Source: Ostreococcus lucimarinus (lineage: Eukaryota). From it: a stretch of 64,000 nucleotides of DNA. Each line of letters opens with the position of its first letter. Positions within the stretch are counted from its first letter, which is position 1. Both the position numbers and the translations under genes were made by a program. Below are positions 19,447 to 29,620 of the stretch, piece by piece. The stretch lies in NCBI GenBank assembly GCA_000092065.1, contig CP000592.1, one strand, 5' to 3'. The notes under the pieces were generated by a model. It saw nothing but the letters and a program-made list of their open reading frames with translations. It had not been told where the DNA came from and ran no database searches.

Positions 19447-20916
19447 ATGGAGCGCGCGATGGAGACCGTGAAACTCGACGTCGCGACGCGCGCGTGGAAC
19501 GTCGACGGGAGCGCCGGCGCGCGCGCGGCGAGCGGGCTGTCGTGGATCGCGGAGGCAGAGCGCGTCACGGGACGACGACGGGGACGGTGCGCGTACGACG
19601 GATGCGACGAGGAGGCGGAGCACGGCGGACACGTCTGGATCGCGGGCGTGTCGACGCGAGGCGCCGACGCGAAGTGCGCGTTGGTGCCGATATGCGCAGA
19701 TTGTAATTGGCCGGGCAATACGCGACGGATGCAGAACGGGGGGTCGTATTTGCGCGCGGGCGTGGTGGCGACGGCGGTGGAGATGACTCCGGAGATGCTG
19801 AACGCGCGGCGACGGTTCGCGCGGGACGAAGGAGACGAGGACGACGGCGAGGACGAGGAAGACGGCGAGGACGAGGGAGACGTGAGGGTGTGTGTTTCGT
19901 GCGGCACAGACATCTCGGGTATGCCGGCGAACCACACGGTGTGTCTCGCGTGTTTTCGACGCGGATCGCTGAGCGGCGATGGTCGTTCGGATGCCCGTCC
20001 TTGTGTTTCGTGCGGCACAGACATCTCGGGTATGCCGGCGAACCACACGGTGTGTCTCGCGTGTTTTCGACGCGGATCGCTGAGCGGCGATGGTCGTTCG
20101 GATGCCCGTCCTTGTGTTTCGTGCGGCACAGACATCTCGGGTATGCCGGCGAACCACACGGTGTGTCTCGCGTGTTTTCGACGCGGATCGCTGAGCGGCG
20201 ATGGTCGTTCGGATGCCCGTCCTTGTGTTTCGTGCGGCACAGACATCTCGGGTATGCCGGCGAACCATACGGTGTGTCTCGCGTGTTTTCGACGCGGATC
20301 GCTGAGCGGCGATGGTCGTTCGGATGCCCGTCCTTGTGTTTCGTGCGGCACAGACATCTCGGGTATGCCGGCGAACCACACGGTGTGTCTCGCGTGTTTT
20401 CGACGCGGATCGCTGAGCGGCGATGGTCGTTCGGATGCTCGTCCTTGTGTTTCGTGCGGCACAGACATCTCGGGTAGGCCGGCGAACCACACGGTGTGTC
20501 TCGCGTGTTTTCGACGCGGGTCGCTGAGCGGCGATGGTCGTTCTGATGCCCGTCCTTGTGTTTCGTGCGGCACAGACATCTCGGGTATGCCGGCGAACCA
20601 CACGGTGTGTCTCGCGTGTTTTCGACGCGGATCGCTGAGCGGCGATGGTCGTTCGGATGCCCGTCCTTGTGTTTCGTGCGGCACAGACATCTCGGGTATG
20701 CCGGCGAACCACACGGTGTGTCTCGCGTGTTTTCGACGCGGATCGCTGAGCGGCGATGGTCGTTCGGATGCCCGTCCTTGTGTTTCGTGCGGCACAGACA
20801 TCTCGGGTATGCCGGCGAACCACACGGTGTGTTTCGCGTGTTTTCGACGCGGATCGTACGACAGCGAGTACGACAGCGAGTACGACAGCGAGTACGACAG
20901 CGAGTACGACAGCTAA
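19447..20916 (+). CDS. Tandem-repeat cysteine-rich protein with nine C-x2-C...C-x2-C zinc-ribbon-like modules
   Basis: Unique N-terminal Cys/His-rich domain (GRCAYDGCDEEAEHGGHVWIAG...CALVPICADCNWPGN). An acidic linker follows, then nine copies of the 37-aa unit PCVSCGTDISGMPANHTVCLACFRRGSLSGDGRSDAR, then (SEYD)x5 and a stop. Because the repeat is a multiple of three, all six frames are open across it. This frame is chosen for the contiguous ATG, the unique N-terminal domain and the clean stop. Confidence 0.6.
   Translation: MERAMETVKLDVATRAWNVDGSAGARAASGLSWIAEAERVTGRRRGRCAYDGCDEEAEHGGHVWIAGVSTRGADAKCALVPICADCNWPGNTRRMQNGGSYLRAGVVATAVEMTPEMLNARRRFARDEGDEDDGEDEEDGEDEGDVRVCVSCGTDISGMPANHTVCLACFRRGSLSGDGRSDARPCVSCGTDISGMPANHTVCLACFRRGSLSGDGRSDARPCVSCGTDISGMPANHTVCLACFRRGSLSGDGRSDARPCVSCGTDISGMPANHTVCLACFRRGSLSGDGRSDARPCVSCGTDISGMPANHTVCLACFRRGSLSGDGRSDARPCVSCGTDISGRPANHTVCLACFRRGSLSGDGRSDARPCVSCGTDISGMPANHTVCLACFRRGSLSGDGRSDARPCVSCGTDISGMPANHTVCLACFRRGSLSGDGRSDARPCVSCGTDISGMPANHTVCFACFRRGSYDSEYDSEYDSEYDSEYDS
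19891..20856. repeat. Tandem array of a 111-bp unit, about 8.7 copies, more than 97 percent identical
   Basis: Units start at 19891, 20002, 20113, 20224, 20335, 20446, 20557, 20668 and 20779. Only a few single-base differences distinguish copies. Confidence 0.9.
20857..20913. repeat. 12-bp microsatellite (tacgacagcgag)n encoding (SEYD)n at the C-terminus of the repeat protein
   Basis: About 4.75 tandem copies immediately precede the stop codon at 20914..20916. Confidence 0.85.
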
Positions 20917-21048
20917 CTGGCTACGTAGATCGGGATGGATGTAAATAACGCAACGGAATAATCGTTTCACGCGCGTCTCTTCGTTCTCTTTGCGGTGTTC
21001 GATTTACAACGTCTCGCGCGCGCGCGGCGGGCCGAGACGACGAGTAAG

Positions 21049-21924
21049 CTAACGTAAGCGTTCGAGCGCCCGGGCGGTCGTGGACTTCTTACTCGGCGAC
21101 GCGTTTTCGTCGGCTAAATCGAGCTTGCGTCGGGCGCCGCGCTTGCCACCTTCGTAACCGCCGCGCGAGCCCCATTCAACTTTACCGGCGTGATCTTCGT
21201 CGTCGTCCAGAACCGATCGCGCCACGCTACCGACGATGTTTGTCATCGTGCCCGGGGACATCATGAGCGACGTCGGCGCGCTGGGTGAGGCGAAACCGGC
21301 GGCGCCCACGAGCGGCGACTCGGCTTGACTCGCCTTGAACGGCGAACTAAATCCTAAAGCCTCCGCCGCCGCGTTGACGACGCGACCGACTATACCGATC
21401 GGCGGTGATGCCGGTACATCGGGTTCGACCACCTTGCGACGCTTCGCGGGCGACCTTGGACTCGTGGACGCGCGCTTCGGCGACTTTTTTGGCGACTTTT
21501 TCGGCGGCGACGTCTGCATTTGACTCGCCGTTTGCGTCGGCATGATTTCCTCGTCATCGTCGTCGTCGTCGTCGTCGAAAACAATCGTCGGTTTCTTCGT
21601 TTTACGCTCCAGCGCGAGTTTCTTCGCGTTAGGGCTCGCGAGTAGCAACGGTTTCACCCCCGGCGCCGGCACGTTTGAAAATTCGCCTTCCTGCGTCGCC
21701 TTTGCCGTCGCCGCCGTCACCAACTCATCCTCATCTTCGCTTTCGCTCTCCATCTCCAACGCGCGCTGATTTGCCATGTACTTCCCACGTCCAGGCGAGC
21801 TCGTCGTCGCGCGCATCGTTCGACTCGCGTTCGCCGCGCCGCCGTCTCGTCGCGGCGAACGCGCCTGCGATTCGCCGCCGCCGTAATCCTCGGGCGTGTC
21901 ATCGATCGGTGCGATTTTCTGCAT
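21049..21924 (-). CDS. Hypothetical low-complexity protein with SPKK-type motifs
   Basis: 291-aa ORF containing SPKKSPKKSPKR and acidic tracts. No recognisable domain. Coding status is uncertain. Confidence 0.35.
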   Translation of the reverse strand: MQKIAPIDDTPEDYGGGESQARSPRRDGGAANASRTMRATTSSPGRGKYMANQRALEMESESEDEDELVTAATAKATQEGEFSNVPAPGVKPLLLASPNAKKLALERKTKKPTIVFDDDDDDDDEEIMPTQTASQMQTSPPKKSPKKSPKRASTSPRSPAKRRKVVEPDVPASPPIGIVGRVVNAAAEALGFSSPFKASQAESPLVGAAGFASPSAPTSLMMSPGTMTNIVGSVARSVLDDDEDHAGKVEWGSRGGYEGGKRGARRKLDLADENASPSKKSTTARALERLR

Positions 21925-22276
21925 CGCGAGCGCACGGCGTCAGTCATCGCTGTCATTTCTCCGAGTCGCATCGCCCGACGCGTTCGCGCGCGCATCGCCG
22001 CGCGCGCACGCGCACGCACCGCATCGACGTTTGAAAACCATCCTGGGATGCGCGCCAACGCGCTTTTTTGGTCGCTCGGCACGACGGCGTCGACGGCGAA
22101 TTGCGCGCGATCGAACGCGGGGGCGTCGCCTCGCGAGAGCGTCTTCAAGGTTGACATCGCGCGCGCGCGACGACGACGGCGTCGGAACGTGCGGTTCGTG
22201 GATGCGGTGGCTTTGGTTCAAGTTTTCTTCTCGTTTTTTGAAAACAAAACTTCTACTACGCGAGACGATTGGTGTC

Positions 22277-23641
22277 CTACAGAAATTGTATCGAGCGGCA
22301 GCTTAAGGTGTCGATGTCGACCAAGACGGCGATGCCGGTGGATGAGAATTTCGGCACGGCGACGACGAGGGTGTCGGCGACTCCGGCGGCTGGGTCGTGG
22401 GAAACGCGCTCGTAGCCGAACGCGTCTTGACATCCCGCAAAGTACACTCGCGGGGTGCGTTCGATGACGAACGGATCGCGGTCTTTGAAAGGGTAACACG
22501 CCAACGTATCGGGGGCGCCCGGGGCGATGTGTTGCCATCGCAAGGTTTGAGTCAACGCGGCGACGGGACGTTTGGCGGCGGCGGCGCCGACAAAAGCGCT
22601 GGAGACGTCGTCGGCGTCGATGGTGCTAAATTTCATCACGTCTTCGACGTTTTGCCCAGACGTGCCCAGGAAAGAGGTCTGATCGACCGTCAAATCGTGC
22701 GGATTCGTCACTAAACACATCGTCTTTTCGTACTTTGACGCCTCGGGAAAGTACACCGGGTGCAGCGGTTGCTGCGGCATCGCCTTGTTCGTCGGGTCCG
22801 TCTTCCCGCTCATCACGTCCACGGGCACCGCGCTCGCGAGCTCGGCGAGCATGATGTCGAGTTCTTTGAGCGCTTCACTCGTCGCCGCCGAAGGTTCTTC
22901 CGAGCTCGTCTTTAAATCCATCGTCCCACCGGCGATGATGACGCGACAAATCTTCGCCGCGTCCGAGTCGCTCGGCGATTCGTCGCCGTAGGCGATGGAC
23001 GCCCCGGTGACGTAATCGACAAACATTTGATTGCGCGCCGACGCCGCGGCATCGTTGCCACCGATCTCAAATCCAGAGACCAAACACACGTATTTGGTCG
23101 CCGTCGATGCCTCGGACTTTGATTTCTTCGCCTCGCCCGTCGTCGGCGGCGCGTACGCCACGACGTCGTCGACGAGGAAATCTCCCTTCACCGCCTTCCC
23201 CTTCACCGCGCACACCACCCCGGTGACGAATTTCCCCGCGTCCACGCCCAGCAGTTTCACTCGCGCGCCCTCGTCCTCGAACTCTAGTCCATCGTCCTCG
23301 CGCGTGTACGTCGCCCGCTCCTCGCGCGTCGTCGCCGCCGCGCCCTCCGCCTCCTCGCCGTATCCCTTGACGTACTCGTCGAGTATGATTGGTTTATCCT
23401 TCATATCCTTATAAATCGTCCCCACGATGACGCACGCCTCGTCCTCGCACAGCTCCAGCACCGCGCGCGTCGGCATCGTCGGCCATCGCGCGCGCGCCGC
23501 CTCGCGCGCGCGCGGTTTCAGCGCCTGCAGCCGGTTAAAGTACAACTGAAAGTACTGCCCGTGCATCTTGTTCGCCAACGAGAATCGCGCGTCGTCGATC
23601 GCGCGCGTCGCCGACGCGCGCGTCGCGCCGTCGCCCGCCAT
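22277..23641 (-). CDS. POLD2: DNA polymerase delta subunit 2 (B-subunit, Pol31/POLD2)
   Basis: TNPHDLTVDQTSFLGTSGQNVEDVMKFS...LRWQHIAPGAPDTLACYPFKDRDPFVIERTPRVYFAGCQDAFGYE...AVLVDIDTLSCRSIQF closely parallels the POLD2 C-terminus. The start is placed at MAGDGATRA, upstream of MHGQYFQLYFNRLQ. The longer ORF to 24049 overlaps the divergent MSI1 gene. Confidence 0.8.
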   Translation of the reverse strand: MAGDGATRASATRAIDDARFSLANKMHGQYFQLYFNRLQALKPRAREAARARWPTMPTRAVLELCEDEACVIVGTIYKDMKDKPIILDEYVKGYGEEAEGAAATTREERATYTREDDGLEFEDEGARVKLLGVDAGKFVTGVVCAVKGKAVKGDFLVDDVVAYAPPTTGEAKKSKSEASTATKYVCLVSGFEIGGNDAAASARNQMFVDYVTGASIAYGDESPSDSDAAKICRVIIAGGTMDLKTSSEEPSAATSEALKELDIMLAELASAVPVDVMSGKTDPTNKAMPQQPLHPVYFPEASKYEKTMCLVTNPHDLTVDQTSFLGTSGQNVEDVMKFSTIDADDVSSAFVGAAAAKRPVAALTQTLRWQHIAPGAPDTLACYPFKDRDPFVIERTPRVYFAGCQDAFGYERVSHDPAAGVADTLVVAVPKFSSTGIAVLVDIDTLSCRSIQFL

Positions 23642-23728
23642 CGTCGAATCGGCGCGTCGCCGCGCGCGCGTCGCGCGTCGTCGAGTGCCGCGCCGCCGCC
23701 GACGTCCGGCGCGCGCGAGTGTGCGTAA

Positions 23729-25114
<1,386 letters not shown>

Positions 25115-25149
25115 AACAATGCTGATGATAATACAAATGAATCGAACGA

Positions 25150-25986
25150 TTAACACCGCGCCCAGCACCGATTACACTCGCCCAAGCACGCCTTACCTTC
25201 GCCCGCGCAATCCAAGTTGTTGCCGAGCGCTTGGGGCACGCGCACGACGTACTTGACGAAATTCCTCGTATCGCGCTTCATGAAGTAATTCTTCTCGATG
25301 TGTTCCGTCGCCGCCGTCAACTGCTCGACGTCGCACGCTAAAATTTCTGGTTGTTTCTTCACAATCTTCGCCAAATCACACTCCGACGCTCTCGTCGTCA
25401 CGCCGATCGATTCCAAAAACGCCACGCGCGCCGTCACATCCGCCGCCGTCGGCACCTCTCGCACCTTGGTGTTTCGCCAGTATCCTTGCCCGCGCCACCC
25501 GAACGCCTTTTCCATCATCGCGTCCACGTCGTCATCGTTCATTTCGTCGCCGTTCGCTCCCACGGCGTCGCGCACGACCGCGCGCGCGTCGTTCCAGAGC
25601 TTTCGCGCGTCGTCATCCATCGTCGACGTCGCGCGCGCGTCGACGTCGACGTCGGCGTCGTTCGTCGTCGACGCGCGGACGCGCGCGCGACGACGGCGCG
25701 CGCACCGCGTCGTCGCGCGCGTCATCGTCGGCGTCGTCGCGCGCGTCGCGCGCGGCGTCGGCATCGTCGTCGGCATCGCGGCGACGCGTCGCGAGATGGA
25801 GAGGTGTCGGCGTCTCGTCTCGGCGCGGCGTGTTTCATTCTTCGGTCTTCTTACAAGCGCCCGCGTAGGACGGCGCGACAAGTGTGGGTGGATAAATGTG
25901 TGAACGATCGAATGAAAGAACGTAAGGGCATGGAAGGCGCCGGGCGCCGCGGCGGACGCCGTCATAAATTCTCGGCGTTGGTACAA
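25150..25986 (-). CDS. mTERF-like protein (single or few repeats), probably organellar
   Basis: AADVTARVAFLESIGVTTRASECDLAKIVKKQPEILACDVEQLTAATEHI fits the mTERF repeat consensus. The N-terminus is Arg/Thr-rich. Confidence 0.4.
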   Translation of the reverse strand: MYQRREFMTASAAAPGAFHALTFFHSIVHTFIHPHLSRRPTRALVRRPKNETRRAETRRRHLSISRRVAAMPTTMPTPRATRATTPTMTRATTRCARRRRARVRASTTNDADVDVDARATSTMDDDARKLWNDARAVVRDAVGANGDEMNDDDVDAMMEKAFGWRGQGYWRNTKVREVPTAADVTARVAFLESIGVTTRASECDLAKIVKKQPEILACDVEQLTAATEHIEKNYFMKRDTRNFVKYVVRVPQALGNNLDCAGEGKACLGECNRCWARC

Positions 25987-25997
25987 AAAGACGTCGT

Positions 25998-28070
25998 TTA
26001 GGCTTCGGCGATCATCTTGCGAATCGCGTCCGTCGTCGCCTGGGTTAAGGTGGTGTTCTTCTTCTCAGCGTACGCTTGAAGCGCCTCGAACGCATCGCGC
26101 TCGATCATGACGCGCGGCAAACGCCCGACGGTCTCGACGGCGGCGGCGGTCGGCGCGGCGGCGGCGGCGGCGGCGACGGGGGCGGCGCTCGGAACGTACG
26201 AGTCGCAAAACGCGCGAAGCGCGTCGAACCCGACGCGATTGATAAAGTTGCCGAAGAACTCACCCGCATTGCGCTGCTGCGCCCACATGGCAAAGATGGG
26301 CTCAAAGAACGTTTCGATGTCATCCACCTTGACGCGCTCGGCGTACGCGCTCGACACGCCCGTCATCGCGCGCGTGCCTCCGAGCCAAATTTGGTAGCTC
26401 GCCGGACCGTCGCCGACGAAACCGAGCTCAGCCATGTACGGACGCGCGCAACCGTTGGGGCAACCAGTCATACGAATGACTAAGTCGTCCGACATCGCCA
26501 AGCCAACCTTGGTCATGGTCGTGCGCAAACGCGCGTTAATCTCCGGCAAACCGCGCTCGGCTTCGGTGATGGCGAGACCGCACAAAGGTAACGCCGGGCA
26601 CGCCATGGAGAGACGTTCGAGAGCGTCGACTTCGGACGCGTCTTTCACGCCCGCGGCTTGCAAAGTGGCCATGATATCCGCCTTCCACGCCGGATCGACG
26701 TCGGTGAGCAACATATCTTGCTGAGCGGTGAGACGAACCGGAAGTTCGTATCGCTCGATGACGTTGCGCAAAGCCTTCCTCATTTCGCCACGAAGACGAC
26801 CGTTTTGGACGTGCACACCGTACCAAAGCTTACCGTCGCCTTGTTCGTTCCATCCCAAGTACGTAGGGAATTCGAACGGCGCCAACTCAACGCCGGCTTC
26901 AAACTTCTTGCCGTAGTATTGCTCCGTCACCGTCTTGAATCGCTCCATGCCCCAGCTCTCGACCAAGTACTTCAATCTACTCTGCTTGCGATCATCGCGG
27001 CGACCGTAGTCACGCTGCGTGCACGTGATGGCCTTGACCGCGTACAAGATGTCGCGCGGTCCGCAGAAACCGAGAAGGGTGGCTGCCCGCGGGAACGTGG
27101 CGTCGTTGCGGTGCGAGCGCCCCATGCCACCGCCGACGTAAACGTTGTACCCGACGTGCTTGCCGTCGCGCATGACGACGACGATGCCGATATCGTTCGT
27201 CAAGACGTCGATGTGGTTATCGCCCTCCACGGTGACGCCAATCTTAAACTTACGCGGCAAGAATAACGAACCGTAAATGGGTTCGGGCGAACCCTCAAAG
27301 TTGGTGCCGTGGCGGTTTTCCATGCGCGCCGCCGTCACTTCGGGCTTTTCAGCCGTCATGATTTGCTCGCCGTCGAGCCAGACGTCGTAATACGCCCCGC
27401 TTTGCGGCGCCAACAAGTCGGCGATATCTTTGGCCAGTTCTTGCGCGATATCATACTCCGGTTTGTTGGCGTACGGCGCCGGAGACGCGGTGACGTTGCG
27501 ATTGATGTCTCCGCACGCCCCCAACGTTGAACCCATGTTACGAATCACCGTCGCGAACGTTTCCTTCAGGTCGCTCTTCAAGATTCCGTGCAATTGATAC
27601 GTTTGTCGCGTCGTCAATCGCAGCGTTCCGTTCCCGTGCGTGTTCGCCAAGTCATCCATGGTCAGGTACAACTTGTTCGGCACCTTGCCCGCGGGCTGCT
27701 TCGTGCGCATCATGAATTGATAAAACTTCCCCTCCCCGAACGCTCGCTTCTCTCGATCGTCCTGTTGATACCCGCCGTGAAACTTATACAACTGCGCCGC
27801 GTCCTCGGAGATGTTCGACGCCGTCGTCGCCAACTCCTCGATCAGCGGGTGTCGCAGGTAGTCGCTGTTTTCCTTGATGATTTCAACCTTGCTTCGCTTC
27901 GCCGGTTCCTTCTGCGCGCCCGAGCTCGGCGTCGCGACGTTCGTCACGACGCACCGTCGGTTCTTCGCGCGCTTCACCGTCGTCCCCGCGCGCGTCACCG
28001 CGCGGTGCGCTCGCGTCGCCGGCGTCGGCACCGCGCGCGCCATGGTCGATCGCTCGGCACCGATTTTCAT
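25998..28070 (-). CDS. SIR: Ferredoxin-sulfite reductase (siroheme, plastid type) with a C-terminal extension
   Basis: [23 protein letters not shown], the siroheme/4Fe-4S block [31 protein letters not shown] and [11 protein letters not shown] transit-peptide-like N-terminus. About 80 extra C-terminal residues. Confidence 0.85.
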   Translation of the reverse strand: MKIGAERSTMARAVPTPATRAHRAVTRAGTTVKRAKNRRCVVTNVATPSSGAQKEPAKRSKVEIIKENSDYLRHPLIEELATTASNISEDAAQLYKFHGGYQQDDREKRAFGEGKFYQFMMRTKQPAGKVPNKLYLTMDDLANTHGNGTLRLTTRQTYQLHGILKSDLKETFATVIRNMGSTLGACGDINRNVTASPAPYANKPEYDIAQELAKDIADLLAPQSGAYYDVWLDGEQIMTAEKPEVTAARMENRHGTNFEGSPEPIYGSLFLPRKFKIGVTVEGDNHIDVLTNDIGIVVVMRDGKHVGYNVYVGGGMGRSHRNDATFPRAATLLGFCGPRDILYAVKAITCTQRDYGRRDDRKQSRLKYLVESWGMERFKTVTEQYYGKKFEAGVELAPFEFPTYLGWNEQGDGKLWYGVHVQNGRLRGEMRKALRNVIERYELPVRLTAQQDMLLTDVDPAWKADIMATLQAAGVKDASEVDALERLSMACPALPLCGLAITEAERGLPEINARLRTTMTKVGLAMSDDLVIRMTGCPNGCARPYMAELGFVGDGPASYQIWLGGTRAMTGVSSAYAERVKVDDIETFFEPIFAMWAQQRNAGEFFGNFINRVGFDALRAFCDSYVPSAAPVAAAAAAAPTAAAVETVGRLPRVMIERDAFEALQAYAEKKNTTLTQATTDAIRKMIAEA

Positions 28071-28335
28071 TCGCGACGTCGCGATTCGCGTCGCGTTCGC
28101 GCGTCGGCGCGCGCGAGGTCTTCGACGGCGTCGACCGGTCGAGCGTTCGCGACGTTCGCGTCGCGTCGCGTCGCGTCGCGTCGCGTTCGCGTCGCGCGTC
28201 GATGTGCGTCGACGTCGAAAAGACCCGGAAAGAAATCCAGGGTTTCCTCCCGTCCGCCGGCGTCGCCAAAGCGGGGTCTTCGGGCACTGGCGGACTGGCG
28301 CGGCGAGACTGTCAGCCGCGACTGCGCCGACTGCG

Positions 28336-29319
28336 CTATCCGCGCCGACGCGGGAACAGCGCGCCTCGATCGCGCGGGTACGCGTCGCCGAAGGTTTTTA
28401 AATACCACGCGTGGTGCGAAGACGCGACGCACGCGAGGTTGGCGACGACGGCGGCGAGCAGGGCGAGCGGGGCGAGACGCGGGACGCGCGCGGCGACGAC
28501 GGCGGACGACGACGACGCGCGCGATACCGACGACACCGACGGACGCGCGGAGACGGAGAGCTTGCCGAGGAAGACGTCGGTGGGAACGACGATGAGCGCG
28601 AGACCGAGGTAAAGGACGATCTCGGCGAGGTAGTGCGCGCAGGAGACGCGCTCGAACCAACCGCCGCGCGGGATAAAGTATCGCGAGCGGCGCGCGACGT
28701 CGGCGTCGGCGTCGCGCGCGCTCGAGGACGGCGCGCTCGGTTCGCGCAAACGCGCGAGTATGACGTGACACTCGTACTGCCGATAATTTCCGAGCGCGAA
28801 CAGCGCGACGCCGAGCGCGCCGAGCGCCGTCGCCGCGAGCGTCTCGAGCGGCTCGAGCGTCGTCTTCGCCGCGTCGCCGCAGTCGTACGCCGCCCACGTC
28901 TTCGGCGCGCACACGTAATACGCCAACCCGCCCGCGTACACGATCGCGTGCATCGTCGCGTCGTCTCCGTACGTGCTCACGCGCGCGCTCTCGTACAATC
29001 TCCTCAAACAGTGCGCCTGAAACAGCGTCGCCGCGACGACCGCCGCGCGCGCGTCCGCCCGTCCCGTCGCCGCGCCTCTCGCCCACAGCCTCGCCAGCTC
29101 GCGCGCGTTCGCCGCGCACCCGACGACGTAAAAGTGTCGAAACCACGCGTGCGGCGCTCGTCCGCGCTTCAGTCCCTTCCCGTCCTTGCCTCGCGCCGCC
29201 GCGCCGCGCGCCGCCTCGACGTCCCGTCGCGCCGCGACGAGCGCGCTGCACGTCACGAGCGCGAGCCACGTCAGCGCGAGCGCGACGTTCGCCGTCGAGT
29301 CATCGTCCCAGTCCCACAT
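28336..29319 (-). CDS. Polyprenol reductase / steroid 5-alpha-reductase family protein (SRD5A3/DFG10-like)
   Basis: WFRHFYVVG near the N-terminus. C-terminal [30 protein letters not shown]...[22 protein letters not shown] matches the 3-oxo-5-alpha-steroid 4-dehydrogenase C-terminal domain. The start is placed at MWDWDDD. Confidence 0.7.
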   Translation of the reverse strand: MWDWDDDSTANVALALTWLALVTCSALVAARRDVEAARGAAARGKDGKGLKRGRAPHAWFRHFYVVGCAANARELARLWARGAATGRADARAAVVAATLFQAHCLRRLYESARVSTYGDDATMHAIVYAGGLAYYVCAPKTWAAYDCGDAAKTTLEPLETLAATALGALGVALFALGNYRQYECHVILARLREPSAPSSSARDADADVARRSRYFIPRGGWFERVSCAHYLAEIVLYLGLALIVVPTDVFLGKLSVSARPSVSSVSRASSSSAVVAARVPRLAPLALLAAVVANLACVASSHHAWYLKTFGDAYPRDRGALFPRRRG

Positions 29320-29620
29320 CCTCCGGCGTCCCGCCCCGCGCGCCGACGTCTGCGCGCCGCGCGTTTCGCGTCGCGTCGGTCGCGTCCCGGCGGCCCACCG
29401 AAACACCCACCAGTGGCGAACGACAAAAACACCCGGGAGCGCGCGCCGACGCGACGGCTCGACGATTGACCCGACGCGACGTTTCGCACACGTCGACGCC
29501 TCGACGCGCGACGCCACGCGACGCGCCGAGAACCTCGCGCGAGAACCTCTACTCAACGCTCGCCGCTTCCGAGCGCGAAACGTCGACGCGAAGACCGACC
29601 TCGAGCGATCGAAACGCAAG

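Noticed and set aside
19891-20856. A regularly spaced tandem array that could be taken for a CRISPR locus.
   Set aside because: The units are contiguous with no unique spacers. The period is 111 bp and coding. The context is a eukaryotic chromosome with telomere and spliceosomal introns. Not CRISPR.
19110-20970. Two long minus-strand ORFs (571 and 558 aa) and extra plus-frame ORFs across the 111-bp tandem array.
   Set aside because: The repeat unit length is a multiple of three and contains no stop in any frame, so all six frames stay open. Only the 19447..20916 plus frame connects to a unique ATG-initiated N-terminal domain, has a regular Cys pattern and ends at a clean stop. The others are repeat-propagated artefacts.
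28067-29269. Very long ORFs translating to arginine/alanine-rich polypeptides on both strands of intergenic and promoter regions. Examples: 28067..29269 minus (400 aa), 38289..39230 plus (313 aa), 38615..40078 minus (487 aa), 47895..49481 plus (528 aa), 48812..49981 minus (389 aa), 35681..36685 minus (334 aa), 16266..17513 plus (415 aa).
   Set aside because: They coincide with over 80 percent GC trinucleotide repeats (CGN)n, where stop codons are rare in every frame. They overlap well-supported genes on the other strand or lie in promoter regions. They contain no motifs, so they are treated as shadow ORFs.
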